Origin: a virus
Taxonomy: Duplodnaviria; Caudoviricetes
Length of the DNA stretch: 58,106 bases
Direction: 5' to 3' (one strand)
IMG/VR virus record: IMGVR_UViG_3300035180_000411
Coordinates: 1 to 58,106 of that record
This document shows positions 46,203 through 56,564 of the stretch, piece by piece (within the stretch, counting starts at the first letter, position 1; every line of letters starts with the position of its first letter). The notes under the pieces were generated by a model. That model searched no databases. It saw nothing but the letters and a program-made list of their open reading frames with translations, and had not been told where the DNA came from. Both the position numbers and the translations under genes were made by a program.

Positions 46203-46800
46203 CAAAATTTCAGTAGCCAATTATTCGCGGACAATTGGCAATACCGTTTAATGCGCCTTATGCAAAGCGCATTAAAGATTCCGGTCTGTTCCGGTCGGAG
46301 TCATTTAGTTAACGATGGCGACAACCACACAATGCCCTAAGTAACAAATACGCCAGACAATACGACGGCATATTTAGATAGCCTAGGCTAATCCTTGTTC
46401 CCTCAAATTTCGCCTTGATTGTTTCGCACACCATGCAAAACTGCATGTAATGCGCCGGCATTGGACTATCCGGAAAAACCTTTACGGCGCCCCGCCTATT
46501 TGCGCGCTCCAGGTGTGCCTGGCGATGCGGGGGACTTGCGCGGTCGAATTTCACGATGACCGGCGTCATTGCCAGTCAAACTTTAACAGGGATTCGACGC
46601 CCTGCAAAATTGCGCGTCCTGCTGCCTTGTCCGTTTTGTTGACCGCTTGCTAACCCGACAACCAATAACGCCTATGATGTTTCAAGCGCTTCCCAGCTGC
46701 CGGTGCTCACTTCTGCCGCGCCCGATTGCGGGGGCGTGGGCTTACGTAAACTGCGGACATGCAGTCTCCTTGACGCGCCAGATTTTGAAAGATCAGGTAC
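46203..46800 (-). ncRNA. Candidate long structured ncRNA or leader
   Basis: No ORF with a clear SD; many local hairpins; closed by a terminator; boxA-like GATCTTTCAAAA near 46783-46794. Confidence 0.3.
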
Positions 46801-47024
46801 TACGTCAAGGGCGCGGCGTCAACCAGCTTCGCTATGCTGTGATTTTTTATGGGTCAAAAGGCGTCAACCCCAGGGTATGGGACCAACCCCGCCCCAGGGG
46901 GGAGGGCCGATTTTACCTATCTCACTCACAGCATCCCCCAAATTTCCACTCCTGTAAGCCACCATACACCCCTCAAAATTTCCCCCACAAAAACCACACC
47001 TGTAACCCCCAATACACTACCCAC

Positions 47025-47053
47025 TTGACACAAATCCCCCCGCCTGATAGCGT
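47025..47053 (+). promoter_or_regulatory. Sigma70-type promoter for the terminase genes
   Basis: TTGACA-17nt-TAGCGT with TGn extension; predicted start site near the ATG at 47060. Confidence 0.6.
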
Positions 47054-47059
47054 TACCCA

Positions 47060-47557
47060 ATGACTACCCAATTACCAGCCATAGCCGATATACCTGCCCT
47101 GTTCATTTTTGACGCAGCCGTAGGGGTATACACGCTCGACGAACTGTGCGCGAAGTACGAATACCCGCCTGAATACGCCGCGTACCTGGAGAAAGAACCT
47201 GCATTCCAGAAGGCGGTGCGCGAGCAGGAAGCGGAACTGGACAAAACAGGGGTATCGTTCAAAATACGCAGCGGCCTGGTAGCTGAAGAGGCCATGATGA
47301 TTATCCGGGACAGGATAAAACGCGGGGATACTCCGACGCCGGTCGTGCTGGATGCGTTCAAGACGATGGCAAAGTTCGCGGGGCGTGAACCAGCCCCTGC
47401 AGGACAGCAGGCAGCCCCCGGTAGCGGGTTCAGTATCACGATCAATATCCCCCAGATGGGCGCCACGCCCGCGTCAACCATGACATTGGATTCGGTTTCT
47501 ACCCGCGTGGCGGACACCGCCGAGGTAGAAGTTGACCCTGAGTACGAATACTACTGA
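47060..47557 (+). CDS. terS: Terminase small subunit
   Basis: Directly upstream of and coupled to TerL; N-terminal HTH-like part, helical core, GFSITINI strand. Confidence 0.75.
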   Translation: MTTQLPAIADIPALFIFDAAVGVYTLDELCAKYEYPPEYAAYLEKEPAFQKAVREQEAELDKTGVSFKIRSGLVAEEAMMIIRDRIKRGDTPTPVVLDAFKTMAKFAGREPAPAGQQAAPGSGFSITINIPQMGATPASTMTLDSVSTRVADTAEVEVDPEYEYY

Positions 47558-48954
47558 TGAGCGGACTGGAATATAACCCGACGCCATCGGTAGTTCCTTA
47601 TTTCCTGAGCGACAAGTTCGTCAATCTCATCGTGGGCCCTGTCGGTAGCTCCAAGACGACGGCCTCTTTGATGAAACTGGTATACGAAGCACAACGCATA
47701 GCTCCGTGCCGTGATGGGATACGCAGGTCGAGAGCGGCCATTATCCGCAACACCTCGCAGATGCTGGACGATAGTACGATCCCAGACTTCATGAAGTTGC
47801 TCGGTGAAGCTGGTGAGTATATGAAAACCGGCAAGCGTATCGTACTCAAGTTTAACGATGTGGAGCTAGAGGTTTTGTTCCGGGGGCTTGACGACCCGGC
47901 GGCAGCGAGACGGCTCCTGAGTACGCAGTTGTCATTCGGTGTCATCGACGAGTTCAGGGAGATTCACCCTGATATTTTCAATGCACTGACGGGTCGCTTG
48001 GGTAGATACCCTGACAAGACGATGAACGGCGTCGGATGCTGCGACGACGCGGGGAAGCAGATACACAAGGTGTGGGCCGCGTCGAACCCGCCGGATATGG
48101 ATTCGTGGTGGGAGAAATATCTCAGCAATCCTCCGGAGAACGCAGCAGTATTTTTCCAGCCCAGCGGGTTGTCGGACGAAGCAGACTGGAAAAAGTTTTT
48201 GCCCGATGGGTATTATGAAAACTTGATGCTTGGCAAGAGCGAGGATTGGATCGAGACCAACGTGCACGGGCGTTTCGGTAGGTCTCTGTCGGGTTTGCCC
48301 GTGTTTCGCTCGTTCGACCAAGACTACCACGTAGCCAAGGCACCCTTGAAGCCGATTATAAGCACGAACCACCCGTTGATTATCGGAGTAGACTTCGGGT
48401 TGACCCCGGCGTGTACCATCAATCAGCAAGATGCACGGGGACGGTTTCTCACGTATCGTTCGCTGGTGTCCGAGGGCATGGGTATTTTGAGGTTCTGCCG
48501 TGAAAAATTGAAACCCATGCTAAATAATGAGTTTCCCGGCCACCCTGTGATTGTAATCGGGGACCCTGCGGGAGTACAGCGCGCGCAGACCGACGAGCGC
48601 AGCGCGTTTGATATCCTCAAGAGCGAGGGATTCACAGCGATAGCGGCCAAGACGAACTCCGTTACTGCGCGAATCGCTGCGGTGGAGAATCTTCTGTCAC
48701 GCCAGATAGACGGAGAAGCTGCTTGGTTGATCGACCCAGGGGCCACTGAGCTCATACGTGCGTTGCGCGGGGGGTATAGGTACCGCGCCAAGACTAATGG
48801 GGAGATGGAGGATAAGCCGGATAAAAACCAGTACAGCCATATCGCTGACGCATGTCAGTACAGCGTATTGCACGTAGACTCCGTGTTCGGCGCAGCCTTG
48901 AAAGCGTCAGCTCGGCGCGAGGTAAAGCGAGCAGTCGCGTTTGGATGGACTTGA
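47557..48954 (+). CDS. terL: Terminase large subunit
   Basis: Walker A GPVGSSKTT, Walker B VIDE, SNPP coupling motif, nuclease GVDFGLTP, DPAG, SHIADACQY. Confidence 0.93.
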   Translation: MSGLEYNPTPSVVPYFLSDKFVNLIVGPVGSSKTTASLMKLVYEAQRIAPCRDGIRRSRAAIIRNTSQMLDDSTIPDFMKLLGEAGEYMKTGKRIVLKFNDVELEVLFRGLDDPAAARRLLSTQLSFGVIDEFREIHPDIFNALTGRLGRYPDKTMNGVGCCDDAGKQIHKVWAASNPPDMDSWWEKYLSNPPENAAVFFQPSGLSDEADWKKFLPDGYYENLMLGKSEDWIETNVHGRFGRSLSGLPVFRSFDQDYHVAKAPLKPIISTNHPLIIGVDFGLTPACTINQQDARGRFLTYRSLVSEGMGILRFCREKLKPMLNNEFPGHPVIVIGDPAGVQRAQTDERSAFDILKSEGFTAIAAKTNSVTARIAAVENLLSRQIDGEAAWLIDPGATELIRALRGGYRYRAKTNGEMEDKPDKNQYSHIADACQYSVLHVDSVFGAALKASARREVKRAVAFGWT

Positions 48955-49003
48955 TTTGTGGTAATATGTAGGGTATAAGGTGCGAAAATAACAGGGGCCG
49001 CCC

Positions 49004-49603
49004 GTGTCAACTGATTTCACTATAAAGCAGGGTACTACATTCAGCCGCGTGCTACGGTGGGAATCCCCCACGGTGGTGTATAAGCCGATTACAGCGATAG
49101 CCAACTCAGCTCCGGTGAGCATTACATCTGCGGCACATAATGTCCCTGATGGGTGGCGCGTGAATATTCAGTCCGTACAAGGGATGAAACAGCTTAATGC
49201 GCTCAACACTCCCCCCAAAGCGTCGGATTATCATAAAGCTACGGTCGTCGATCAAAACACCATTACGCTGAACGACGTGAACTCGCTCGGTTATGGAGCG
49301 TATACCTCCGGCGGGGTAGTAGCATACAATCAGCCCATCGACCTCGCGGGCTACACGGCTCGCATGCAGATCAAGGGTAAGATCGCTGATACAGTAAGCA
49401 TACTTAGCCTCACCTCAAGTCCTGCTGCGGGTCTCGTGCTGGATAATACCGCTAAAACCATCACCATTACGATATCCGCTGACCAGACAGCGCTTCTAAC
49501 GTTCAAAACAGCCGTATATTCCCTGGAAATGGTGTCCCTCGATGGTGTTGTAACCGAAATCATGGGCGGAAAAATTACGCTGGAGCCGGAAGTTACGCGG
49601 TGA
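49004..49603 (+). CDS. Virion structural protein
   Basis: IKQGTTF...PIDLAGYTARMQI...VYSLE pattern typical of tail-associated proteins. Confidence 0.65.
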   Translation: MSTDFTIKQGTTFSRVLRWESPTVVYKPITAIANSAPVSITSAAHNVPDGWRVNIQSVQGMKQLNALNTPPKASDYHKATVVDQNTITLNDVNSLGYGAYTSGGVVAYNQPIDLAGYTARMQIKGKIADTVSILSLTSSPAAGLVLDNTAKTITITISADQTALLTFKTAVYSLEMVSLDGVVTEIMGGKITLEPEVTR

Positions 49604-49775
49604 GCTGGGTATCATGCAACAAGGATTCATCCGGTTTGCCACCCAGCATGACCTGAATACGCAGCTAGCAGATTGCGCGTGCTGCACGTATCAAGACAAA
49701 CATACCGAGCTGGCGTGGATGATGTGGCAATGGATATGGAGATACCAGTGTGGCTTATAACAAGGGGTTTGAATA

Positions 49776-50198
49776 ATGCCCATATTCTCGGTCACAAATA
49801 AAGCATCCGGGAAAGAGGAATATCGCTTTGAGGCTCAAGCCCTTACTGAGTTGGACTTGTTCCCATTCTCGTCGTTTGATTACACCGAAGTTACCAACGC
49901 GCCAGTAGCGCAAATGCCCCAGCCCGTATACGGCGGGAGACGTATATTATCGAAACTTGAGTTCAGACGGCTATTCCCTGATGCCGCACGCCCTTATGTG
50001 GATGAATTCAATGCTACGTTTGAGTCGAGCGCACTACTGACGGCGGATCAGAAGCGCGATATAAGATCGGGGCTGGAGGACTTCAAGGCGGCGTCAGAAA
50101 TTAACCTGGATGATGCGTCTATTTCTCAGATTCTGGCGTTGTATGTGGCTCTTGGACTCATAACCAAGACAGAAATGGAGACGATCATAAATGGCTAA
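49776..50198 (+). CDS. Tail-fibre assembly/chaperone-like protein
   Basis: LSKLEFRRLF...INLDD...GLIT; precedes a long fibre-like gene. Confidence 0.5.
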   Translation: MPIFSVTNKASGKEEYRFEAQALTELDLFPFSSFDYTEVTNAPVAQMPQPVYGGRRILSKLEFRRLFPDAARPYVDEFNATFESSALLTADQKRDIRSGLEDFKAASEINLDDASISQILALYVALGLITKTEMETIING

Positions 50199-52383
50199 CA
50201 AGTATCTCGACCATTATCTGTATGCCACTAATGCATCCTTTACTGGTTCTGTTTCTAGCACTACCTTAACTGTGTCCGCGGTGGCATCAGGTGTTATCGG
50301 TATTGGTTCGGTTTTAACGGGTGTTGGCGTGCCAGACGGTACTTTCATCAAGGCGCTTGGCACGGGATTGGGCGGCACGGGAACCTATACGCTCAATAAC
50401 TCGTTTACCTTATCGAGCACGACACTAACAAGCACGAATGGCAATCCGAGTATAGCAATGCCTGCTTGGGGTGTTGCTCAAGATGGGGACGGCCTTGCTA
50501 CTGGGCAAGCAACCCCTGCACTGGCTTCGTTGACCATAAACGCTGTAGCCGCCGCAGGGAATACCATAACTATTGCAGGGGTAACGCTCACTGCGGTTTC
50601 TTCCAGCGCCACATCTACGCAGTTTAACGTAGGCTCAGACGTTAATACCCAAGCGACGAATATTGCGACCGCGCTCAATGCTGCAACTGGTGCGGTTGGT
50701 GCGAATGTCTCGGCAACGCTCACGCAATTGCGCAACATTATATTTGCATCCGCAAGCGGATCAGTCGTCAATATCATGACCCGTCAGGGGAGTATCAACT
50801 CAAATTATGCAAACAACAGTTATATGGCGATCTCTTCGTCAGGATGGAGCACTGCCCCTACTGTAGTACAGTTTGCCGGTGGGGCGTCTGGCGCGTGGGG
50901 ATGGCTGTTCAATACTTATGTCATGTGGCCTAGCGCCATCGCTGTTGCAAACTACGGGTTATTTGGAGCGACGCAACCTTTTCTTGGGGCGGTATCTCCA
51001 GGAGACAGCGTTTATGTGCGCTCAAATAAGATTCTGTATTGCTACAACGCGGGTTACTCTTTGAGTCCTCCGACAACTTTTAGTACGGCAGCGCTCCCGA
51101 CAAATATCATTTTTGATGATGGGACTAATGTCCCAGCTTGGAACGCTGACGCGCCCGATCCGGTGTTTAGAGTTAATTGGACTTCCGATGTTAGCCTAGC
51201 CAACTTACTTTCCCTGGCTAACCACAAAGCAACGAGAGTTGTTGGGAAAGTAAATTCAACGGGGTTACCTAATTTACAATTTCATAACACAAACCCCGCT
51301 ATTACGAATAGTGCATATTTTGGATGGATTTTCTCGAATAATTGTTACGCGAAAGGGGTAGGTTTCTATAACGATTACCAGAGTAACACTGGCATTTATG
51401 CACAATTAACCGTTTCCGGCACAGCCGATGCAGGCGCTAGTGTTATGTATGAAGACATTTTTATGTCATTCAGCAATACGTCTAGTAGCATATATAGCTT
51501 GGGGTACGCTTACTGCTCAGCAACGATCCGCAACCTTGTATTTGACAATTCTGGGGCAACCGCGCCACACGCAGGACTGATAAATTGTGTTAATGCAGCC
51601 AATGATCTAGTCATCAATGGGATTAAGGCTATCAACTGCCTTGTAGGCTCTAAATCAGTAATAAGCTCCAATGGTATAAGTAACGGTAACGTCTTGATTA
51701 TCAATGCTGATCTTGGTAATGCTTTTGCATTTGATCCAATCGCATCAATGTATGCAAACGGCTCTTACTATACCTTGCACCGAACGATATCAATATTTTC
51801 TAGCGCTACAACCAGAGATTTCCAAATAAATACCTTGCGCGGCAAGAGCGATTGGATTTCTGGGCTGGGCTTTCCAACGCTTAGTGCTACGCTGCTTGAC
51901 GGGGTGACTCCTTGGAGCATTAAATTCCTTGCCAGCACAATTCCAGGCCAAACATCAACAGGTAGACCGCACTCTAGCCCACGTATATCGAAAATCAATT
52001 CGCTCGCGAATGGGGCAAGAACAATTACTCTGGAATATCTGCTAAACGACACATTGTCTGGGATTGATACCAGCAATCTTTGGGCAGAGTTGACATATAC
52101 CGATACCAATGGACGGGCCGTGTACTTAACGACTCGCCAGATTTCCCCTGCCACAGCATTAACGCCATCGACGAATACTGGATGGTCAACGTGGAATGGG
52201 ACAAAAGCAACGTGGATATCTGGCGGTACGATCAATTTTGACAGGTATAAATTCGTGCTAAGCACTCCAGCGGGACATGACATGGCTTCTGGGTGCGAGA
52301 TCATCGCTCAGGTGCACATTGGGACATCAGTAGCAAACGTGCAGCAAGTGCTGTTTATCGACCCTGACACGAGCATTGCATAA
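50191..52383 (+). CDS. Putative tail fibre/spike (receptor-binding)
   Basis: 730 aa, Ser/Thr/Asn/Gly-rich; FTGSVSSTTLTVSAV...GTGGTGTY-like N-terminus; beta-helix-like middle. Confidence 0.6.
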   Translation: MANKYLDHYLYATNASFTGSVSSTTLTVSAVASGVIGIGSVLTGVGVPDGTFIKALGTGLGGTGTYTLNNSFTLSSTTLTSTNGNPSIAMPAWGVAQDGDGLATGQATPALASLTINAVAAAGNTITIAGVTLTAVSSSATSTQFNVGSDVNTQATNIATALNAATGAVGANVSATLTQLRNIIFASASGSVVNIMTRQGSINSNYANNSYMAISSSGWSTAPTVVQFAGGASGAWGWLFNTYVMWPSAIAVANYGLFGATQPFLGAVSPGDSVYVRSNKILYCYNAGYSLSPPTTFSTAALPTNIIFDDGTNVPAWNADAPDPVFRVNWTSDVSLANLLSLANHKATRVVGKVNSTGLPNLQFHNTNPAITNSAYFGWIFSNNCYAKGVGFYNDYQSNTGIYAQLTVSGTADAGASVMYEDIFMSFSNTSSSIYSLGYAYCSATIRNLVFDNSGATAPHAGLINCVNAANDLVINGIKAINCLVGSKSVISSNGISNGNVLIINADLGNAFAFDPIASMYANGSYYTLHRTISIFSSATTRDFQINTLRGKSDWISGLGFPTLSATLLDGVTPWSIKFLASTIPGQTSTGRPHSSPRISKINSLANGARTITLEYLLNDTLSGIDTSNLWAELTYTDTNGRAVYLTTRQISPATALTPSTNTGWSTWNGTKATWISGGTINFDRYKFVLSTPAGHDMASGCEIIAQVHIGTSVANVQQVLFIDPDTSIA

Positions 52384-52784
52384 TGCCTAATGCTGTATTC
52401 GCCCCAATGAACTTTAGCTACGCGAACGCGCTATCAGTTCCAAGCACCAGGGGGCCATTTACCGTTGGCGGAGGGGTGGCTGTCTCAAACGGGCGTCTTC
52501 CTACAGACTCTATTGGCAACTTTGCGTTGACACTAACCAATCTGGTAGTGGGTTCCGCAATATCCGTTGAGGCTTACAGCACTGGACAGCAACTATTCTT
52601 TGGAGTAGCAGCAAGCACGACGCAGCTCATAAATTTAGGGGTGTATCAATCCGGCGATCCGAAGAATGATCTACGGATTAAAGTGCGACAAGGAACAACA
52701 GCACCATACTATAAACCATATGAAACACGTCAGATGGCCATCGTAGGATCGGCCAGCTTGTATATCGACCAACAGCTTGATTAG
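52383..52784 (+). CDS. Tail-associated protein
   Basis: LTLTNLVVGS Ig-like pattern; coupled to the previous gene. Confidence 0.5.
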   Translation: MPNAVFAPMNFSYANALSVPSTRGPFTVGGGVAVSNGRLPTDSIGNFALTLTNLVVGSAISVEAYSTGQQLFFGVAASTTQLINLGVYQSGDPKNDLRIKVRQGTTAPYYKPYETRQMAIVGSASLYIDQQLD

Positions 52785-52795
52785 GAGAAGACACT

Positions 52796-54256
52796 GTGTC
52801 TATAACCGCAACAGATTTTAGTATAGCGACAAACGGGGACTTGCGCAGTGTAGCAGGAACGTCCGTTTATTCGGTGCTTGATCTACATGCGTGGTTGCAA
52901 GACCTCGCAGATAATCCGAACGTAACTGCAGACGATAACGTCTCTATCCTTGGCGCTGTGCCATCGGAGCTTGCCGGTAAGCGTAACGCTCTCAGGCCGT
53001 CTGCGCTGACGCTTCTGAACGGCGTCAACATTGACTCCTTAACGAGTCAACGCTTTAACTTTGGTTCCATTGAGCAAGGAAGTGGGGCGGAGCTATATAC
53101 CGGCATCAATACCATCGGCTCTGGTTTGACAGGCCGTAGTCACTACGTTGTGCAGAATGGCGCAAAGTATAATTCTGGCACCAAGTGGTGGCCTGCCGGG
53201 CCGATTAGGGCATTGTTCAAGGTTAAGACAGCAGGCAATCTAATCAACTCAGGAATTGTTACCGTACTTTCCAGAGAGTGGGGTTATGCATTCAGCCACT
53301 TCGACGTGGACTGTTCCGCCGGTTCCGAACAGGTGGCGGCATTATCTGTGTCGGCTGACGGCAATATTTCCAGGGCCGTCGGAAATTACACCGGTGGCGC
53401 AAATACTGTCACTTCTACAACACCATCGGGTGTTGTTACGCTAACATTCGGCACGGTCACTAAGACTCTTGGAAGTGTTACCAAGCAATATAAAGGAACG
53501 ATTTCTTGGACTGGAGCACTTCGGCTAACGGAGGTGTATCAGGCTTTGCAGTGGGCTTGCCATGAAAACAGCACGGCCACGCTGAATGGTATAGCTGGGT
53601 GGCAATACCGGAAACTGGATGCAGCATATAACGATATCCAAGAAGCACCATTTGGCAAGATATCCGGTGGCAAGTTTTTCGTTGCTCAAGGTTGGTGGAT
53701 AGACTTAAACAGCCTGCATAGCGCGGATTTACAGGCGTACCAACTGGTAAGCGATGATGGAACAACGGTTGTCCCGCCAAACGTTATCGCCGTGTCCGCC
53801 GGTAATTTGATGGCTACTGACTATATCCTCATAGGTAAAGACAATGGCTCCGGCGGGTTCAACACAACCACTGGCATTACTGGCACTGGAAGCGCAGCAA
53901 GCACCACGCTAACGCTATCCGGCGCGCCTGCGGGTGATGTCGCTACTGGCGCAGGGTATATTCGCATTGCGAATAACCCGCATACCTACACCGGAATCTC
54001 GGGTACAACTGTATCCGGATTGTCGCCTGCGATCCCGACTGGTGGATACTCTGCGGCAGCGGTATGGTTCCCATATATTGACAAACAGACCTCGCAAACA
54101 TCGGAATCGAGCGGGACATTTAACTATGTGGCCGACTTTACGGCGCGCGTTCGTGTCCGTAACGGCGGGGCATCGCCTATCGTACCTTTCGAGACTACAT
54201 TCCCGGTAACTGTCACTGGCGGCTCGGTTAACGCTATCCGAAACGCTGACGTTTAA
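52796..54256 (+). CDS. Virion structural protein
   Basis: 486 aa beta-rich; AGGAG SD. Confidence 0.6.
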   Translation: MSITATDFSIATNGDLRSVAGTSVYSVLDLHAWLQDLADNPNVTADDNVSILGAVPSELAGKRNALRPSALTLLNGVNIDSLTSQRFNFGSIEQGSGAELYTGINTIGSGLTGRSHYVVQNGAKYNSGTKWWPAGPIRALFKVKTAGNLINSGIVTVLSREWGYAFSHFDVDCSAGSEQVAALSVSADGNISRAVGNYTGGANTVTSTTPSGVVTLTFGTVTKTLGSVTKQYKGTISWTGALRLTEVYQALQWACHENSTATLNGIAGWQYRKLDAAYNDIQEAPFGKISGGKFFVAQGWWIDLNSLHSADLQAYQLVSDDGTTVVPPNVIAVSAGNLMATDYILIGKDNGSGGFNTTTGITGTGSAASTTLTLSGAPAGDVATGAGYIRIANNPHTYTGISGTTVSGLSPAIPTGGYSAAAVWFPYIDKQTSQTSESSGTFNYVADFTARVRVRNGGASPIVPFETTFPVTVTGGSVNAIRNADV

Positions 54257-54264
54257 GGCACAAA

Positions 54265-54822
54265 ATGTCTCTCACGGTAGACTTTGCGAGCCGGATAGTG
54301 CATTCGGACGCCTCCATTACAGATATGGTGGCGTTTCACCTCGCGTTGCGCGATATTGAGGTTGGGGCGGATGCTATAATCTACCCCGCCATCCATACGT
54401 ATAAAGAAGTCAGCCTGGGTGGCGGGGCGGTATTCCCCGCTATTGCTTTTGTCAATGGATGGACGCTTCAATTTCCGGCGGGTAATTGGGTTATACGCGG
54501 CGGCAACCTGGACTGCATGATAAATCCAGTCTCTGGCGCGTACATTGAACGCACGCAATCTGCTGCATACGCGGTGACCAGTATTGGTGCTAGTGGAGCA
54601 ACACCTTCGGATATTGCCACAGCGGTATGGGGCGATCAAGTGGAAGGAACTTTCACGGCGCGGCAGCTCCTGCGTTTGATAGCAGCAGTGCTCGTTGGAA
54701 AAGTCTCTGGTGCAGGTACAGGAACCGAGGTATTTAGAGCCGTGAATGATTCGATGGATCGTGTTACTATATCAGTTACACCCGAAGGCAACCGAATTAA
54801 AGTTATTCTCAATGTTATCTAG
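54265..54822 (+). CDS. Virion structural protein
   Basis: IATAVW, LLRLIAAVLVGKVSGAGTGTEVFR pattern. Confidence 0.55.
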   Translation: MSLTVDFASRIVHSDASITDMVAFHLALRDIEVGADAIIYPAIHTYKEVSLGGGAVFPAIAFVNGWTLQFPAGNWVIRGGNLDCMINPVSGAYIERTQSAAYAVTSIGASGATPSDIATAVWGDQVEGTFTARQLLRLIAAVLVGKVSGAGTGTEVFRAVNDSMDRVTISVTPEGNRIKVILNVI

Positions 54823-54988
54823 TTTTGCAGCCAGTACCTTTGCAGCATGGACGTTCAGACTGATCTGGGGCGTCGCTGGTGTAATTCCTACGGGGTGGGT
54901 GCGCCAACCGCGTGAGTTGTTTATTACTTACAGGCGAGAGGATTTACATGTTACGCTGCATCCAACTACGGTAATAGTGTTATTATGA
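54812..54988 (+). CDS. Small hypothetical protein
   Basis: Fills the gap with overlaps at both ends. Confidence 0.4.
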   Translation: MLSSFAASTFAAWTFRLIWGVAGVIPTGWVRQPRELFITYRREDLHVTLHPTTVIVLL

Positions 54989-55482
54989 GCGAAACGCTGG
55001 TTATTGATACCCTTGTATCCGAAGGCGTGTTCTCGGTAGAAACACAAGTGCTTTCCGTTGTGTCGCCCGAACAGGTATATATTATTGCTGACGGTGCGCA
55101 AGGCCCAGTGGGTCCACCCGGCCCCACTGGAGGCTACGCGCTGCAATACCCAGCCGGCGAAGCGCTCGGCGGACACCGCATGGTGGTGCTGGATGACACT
55201 GGAAAAGCAATCTATGCCGATAACACGGTGCTCAGCCACGCCAACAAGGTGCTGGGTATAACCACTGGGGCGGCGTCAATGGGGGCAACGGCAACTATCC
55301 AGACTGGCGGAGAAATGACCGAGCCGTCGTGGTTATGGGCGCTCGATACGCCAATCTGGCTATCATCATCCGGGATGCTGACCCAGGTTGCGCCCGTAAC
55401 CGGATTCAGCTTGATCGTCGCTTTCCCGGTCAGTGCTACGAAGGCGATCATCAGTTTACGTGAACCGATATTTTTGAACTAG
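54985..55482 (+). CDS. Structural protein with short collagen-like stretch (capsid-fibre-like)
   Basis: GAQGPVGPPGP; AGEALGGHR; WLSSSGMLTQ. Confidence 0.6.
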   Translation: MSETLVIDTLVSEGVFSVETQVLSVVSPEQVYIIADGAQGPVGPPGPTGGYALQYPAGEALGGHRMVVLDDTGKAIYADNTVLSHANKVLGITTGAASMGATATIQTGGEMTEPSWLWALDTPIWLSSSGMLTQVAPVTGFSLIVAFPVSATKAIISLREPIFLN

Positions 55483-55492
55483 GGGAAACATC

Positions 55493-56008
55493 ATGGCCGG
55501 AAACAAATACATCCAAAACAATGCAGGCGTGTTGACTGAAGCTGTCGCGGTTCAAACATCGGGGGGTGCAGCCGACGCTGGAAAAATCCCCGCGCTTGAC
55601 CCGTCAGGTAGATTCGATAACAGCATGATGCCGGTGGGTTTGGGTGCAGAAGCTGATGTCATTCCAGCATCCGAGAATCTGGCGGCTGGCAATTTGGTGA
55701 ACATTTGGAATAACTCTGGTGCTGCAAACGCCAGAAAAGCCGATGCTACAACCGCAGGAAAAGAGGCCGTGGGGTTTGTGCTGGCCGCCGTTACCGCACC
55801 TGCAAACGCTACAGTGTACCGCACATCGCAGTCCAACACGCAGATGTCGGGACTTACTCCGGGGGCAAAGTATTTCTTGGCAACGACCGCGGGTGGAATC
55901 ACTGCAACCGCGCCCTCTGGTTCCGGCAACGTAGTGCAGAGTGTCGGGACGGCGATCAATGCGACTACGTTATCGTTCAACCCCGGAGCCGTGGTCGTTC
56001 TGGCCTAA
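55493..56008 (+). CDS. Capsid-fibre/cement-like structural protein
   Basis: ASENLAAGNLVNI..ARKADA...GLTPGAKYFL...QSVG.A pattern. Confidence 0.6.
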   Translation: MAGNKYIQNNAGVLTEAVAVQTSGGAADAGKIPALDPSGRFDNSMMPVGLGAEADVIPASENLAAGNLVNIWNNSGAANARKADATTAGKEAVGFVLAAVTAPANATVYRTSQSNTQMSGLTPGAKYFLATTAGGITATAPSGSGNVVQSVGTAINATTLSFNPGAVVVLA

Positions 56009-56011
56009 ATC

Positions 56012-56233
56012 ATGGCGACAAAAAAACCACTGGGTAACTATGCAGGAACGGTGCAAGAAATGCCCGCAGGAGATGTCATCGCTGTTGCCAACGGTGGTAC
56101 AGGTCTGTCATCTTCTGGTGCATCTGGAAATGTGCTAACCAGTGACGGCACAAATTGGGTAAGCAGTACGCCCGCGGGAGGCGGTGGGGTGACTGAAGCC
56201 CAGGTCGTCGCCTTGGTGATAGGATTAAGTTGA
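56012..56233 (+). CDS. Short fibre-repeat protein
   Basis: VANGGTG...SGNVLTSDGTNWVS repeat typical of tail fibres. Confidence 0.55.
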   Translation: MATKKPLGNYAGTVQEMPAGDVIAVANGGTGLSSSGASGNVLTSDGTNWVSSTPAGGGGVTEAQVVALVIGLS

Positions 56234-56234
56234 C

Positions 56235-56564
56235 ATGGCTACAGCCTTCAAAAATGCACGGTTACTGGTTACAACAGCGTATTCCACGGCTTACATTTGT
56301 CCAGCGGCTACTACGGCCATTATACTGAGCATCAATGCTGCAACGGTCGCAACATCATCCGGGACGACCCTGTCCGCGCAATGGTTGGATAGCAGTAACG
56401 CCAACGCAGTAACCAGATTTATATTAAACGCTCCCATGTACGTTGGGGTGGCAGAAGAACTTATAGTAAATAAACTGGTGCTGGAAGCAGGAGATGCATT
56501 GCAATTCGTTGCCTCCGCGGTATCGTCTTCAGAAGTTACTATTTCCATTATGGAGCTTTCGTAA
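56235..56564 (+). CDS. Small virion protein
   Basis: YxCPAATTAII...KLVLEAGDAL pattern. Confidence 0.55.
   Translation: MATAFKNARLLVTTAYSTAYICPAATTAIILSINAATVATSSGTTLSAQWLDSSNANAVTRFILNAPMYVGVAEELIVNKLVLEAGDALQFVASAVSSSEVTISIMELS

Noticed and set aside
46585-46605. GGATTCGAC as a tmRNA or tRNA fragment
   Set aside because: No acceptor stem, cloverleaf or CCA end could be built around it.
49614-49760. 48-aa Trp/Cys-rich ORF in the gap after 49603
   Set aside because: No clear SD and no recognisable motif; it may be real but cannot be supported.
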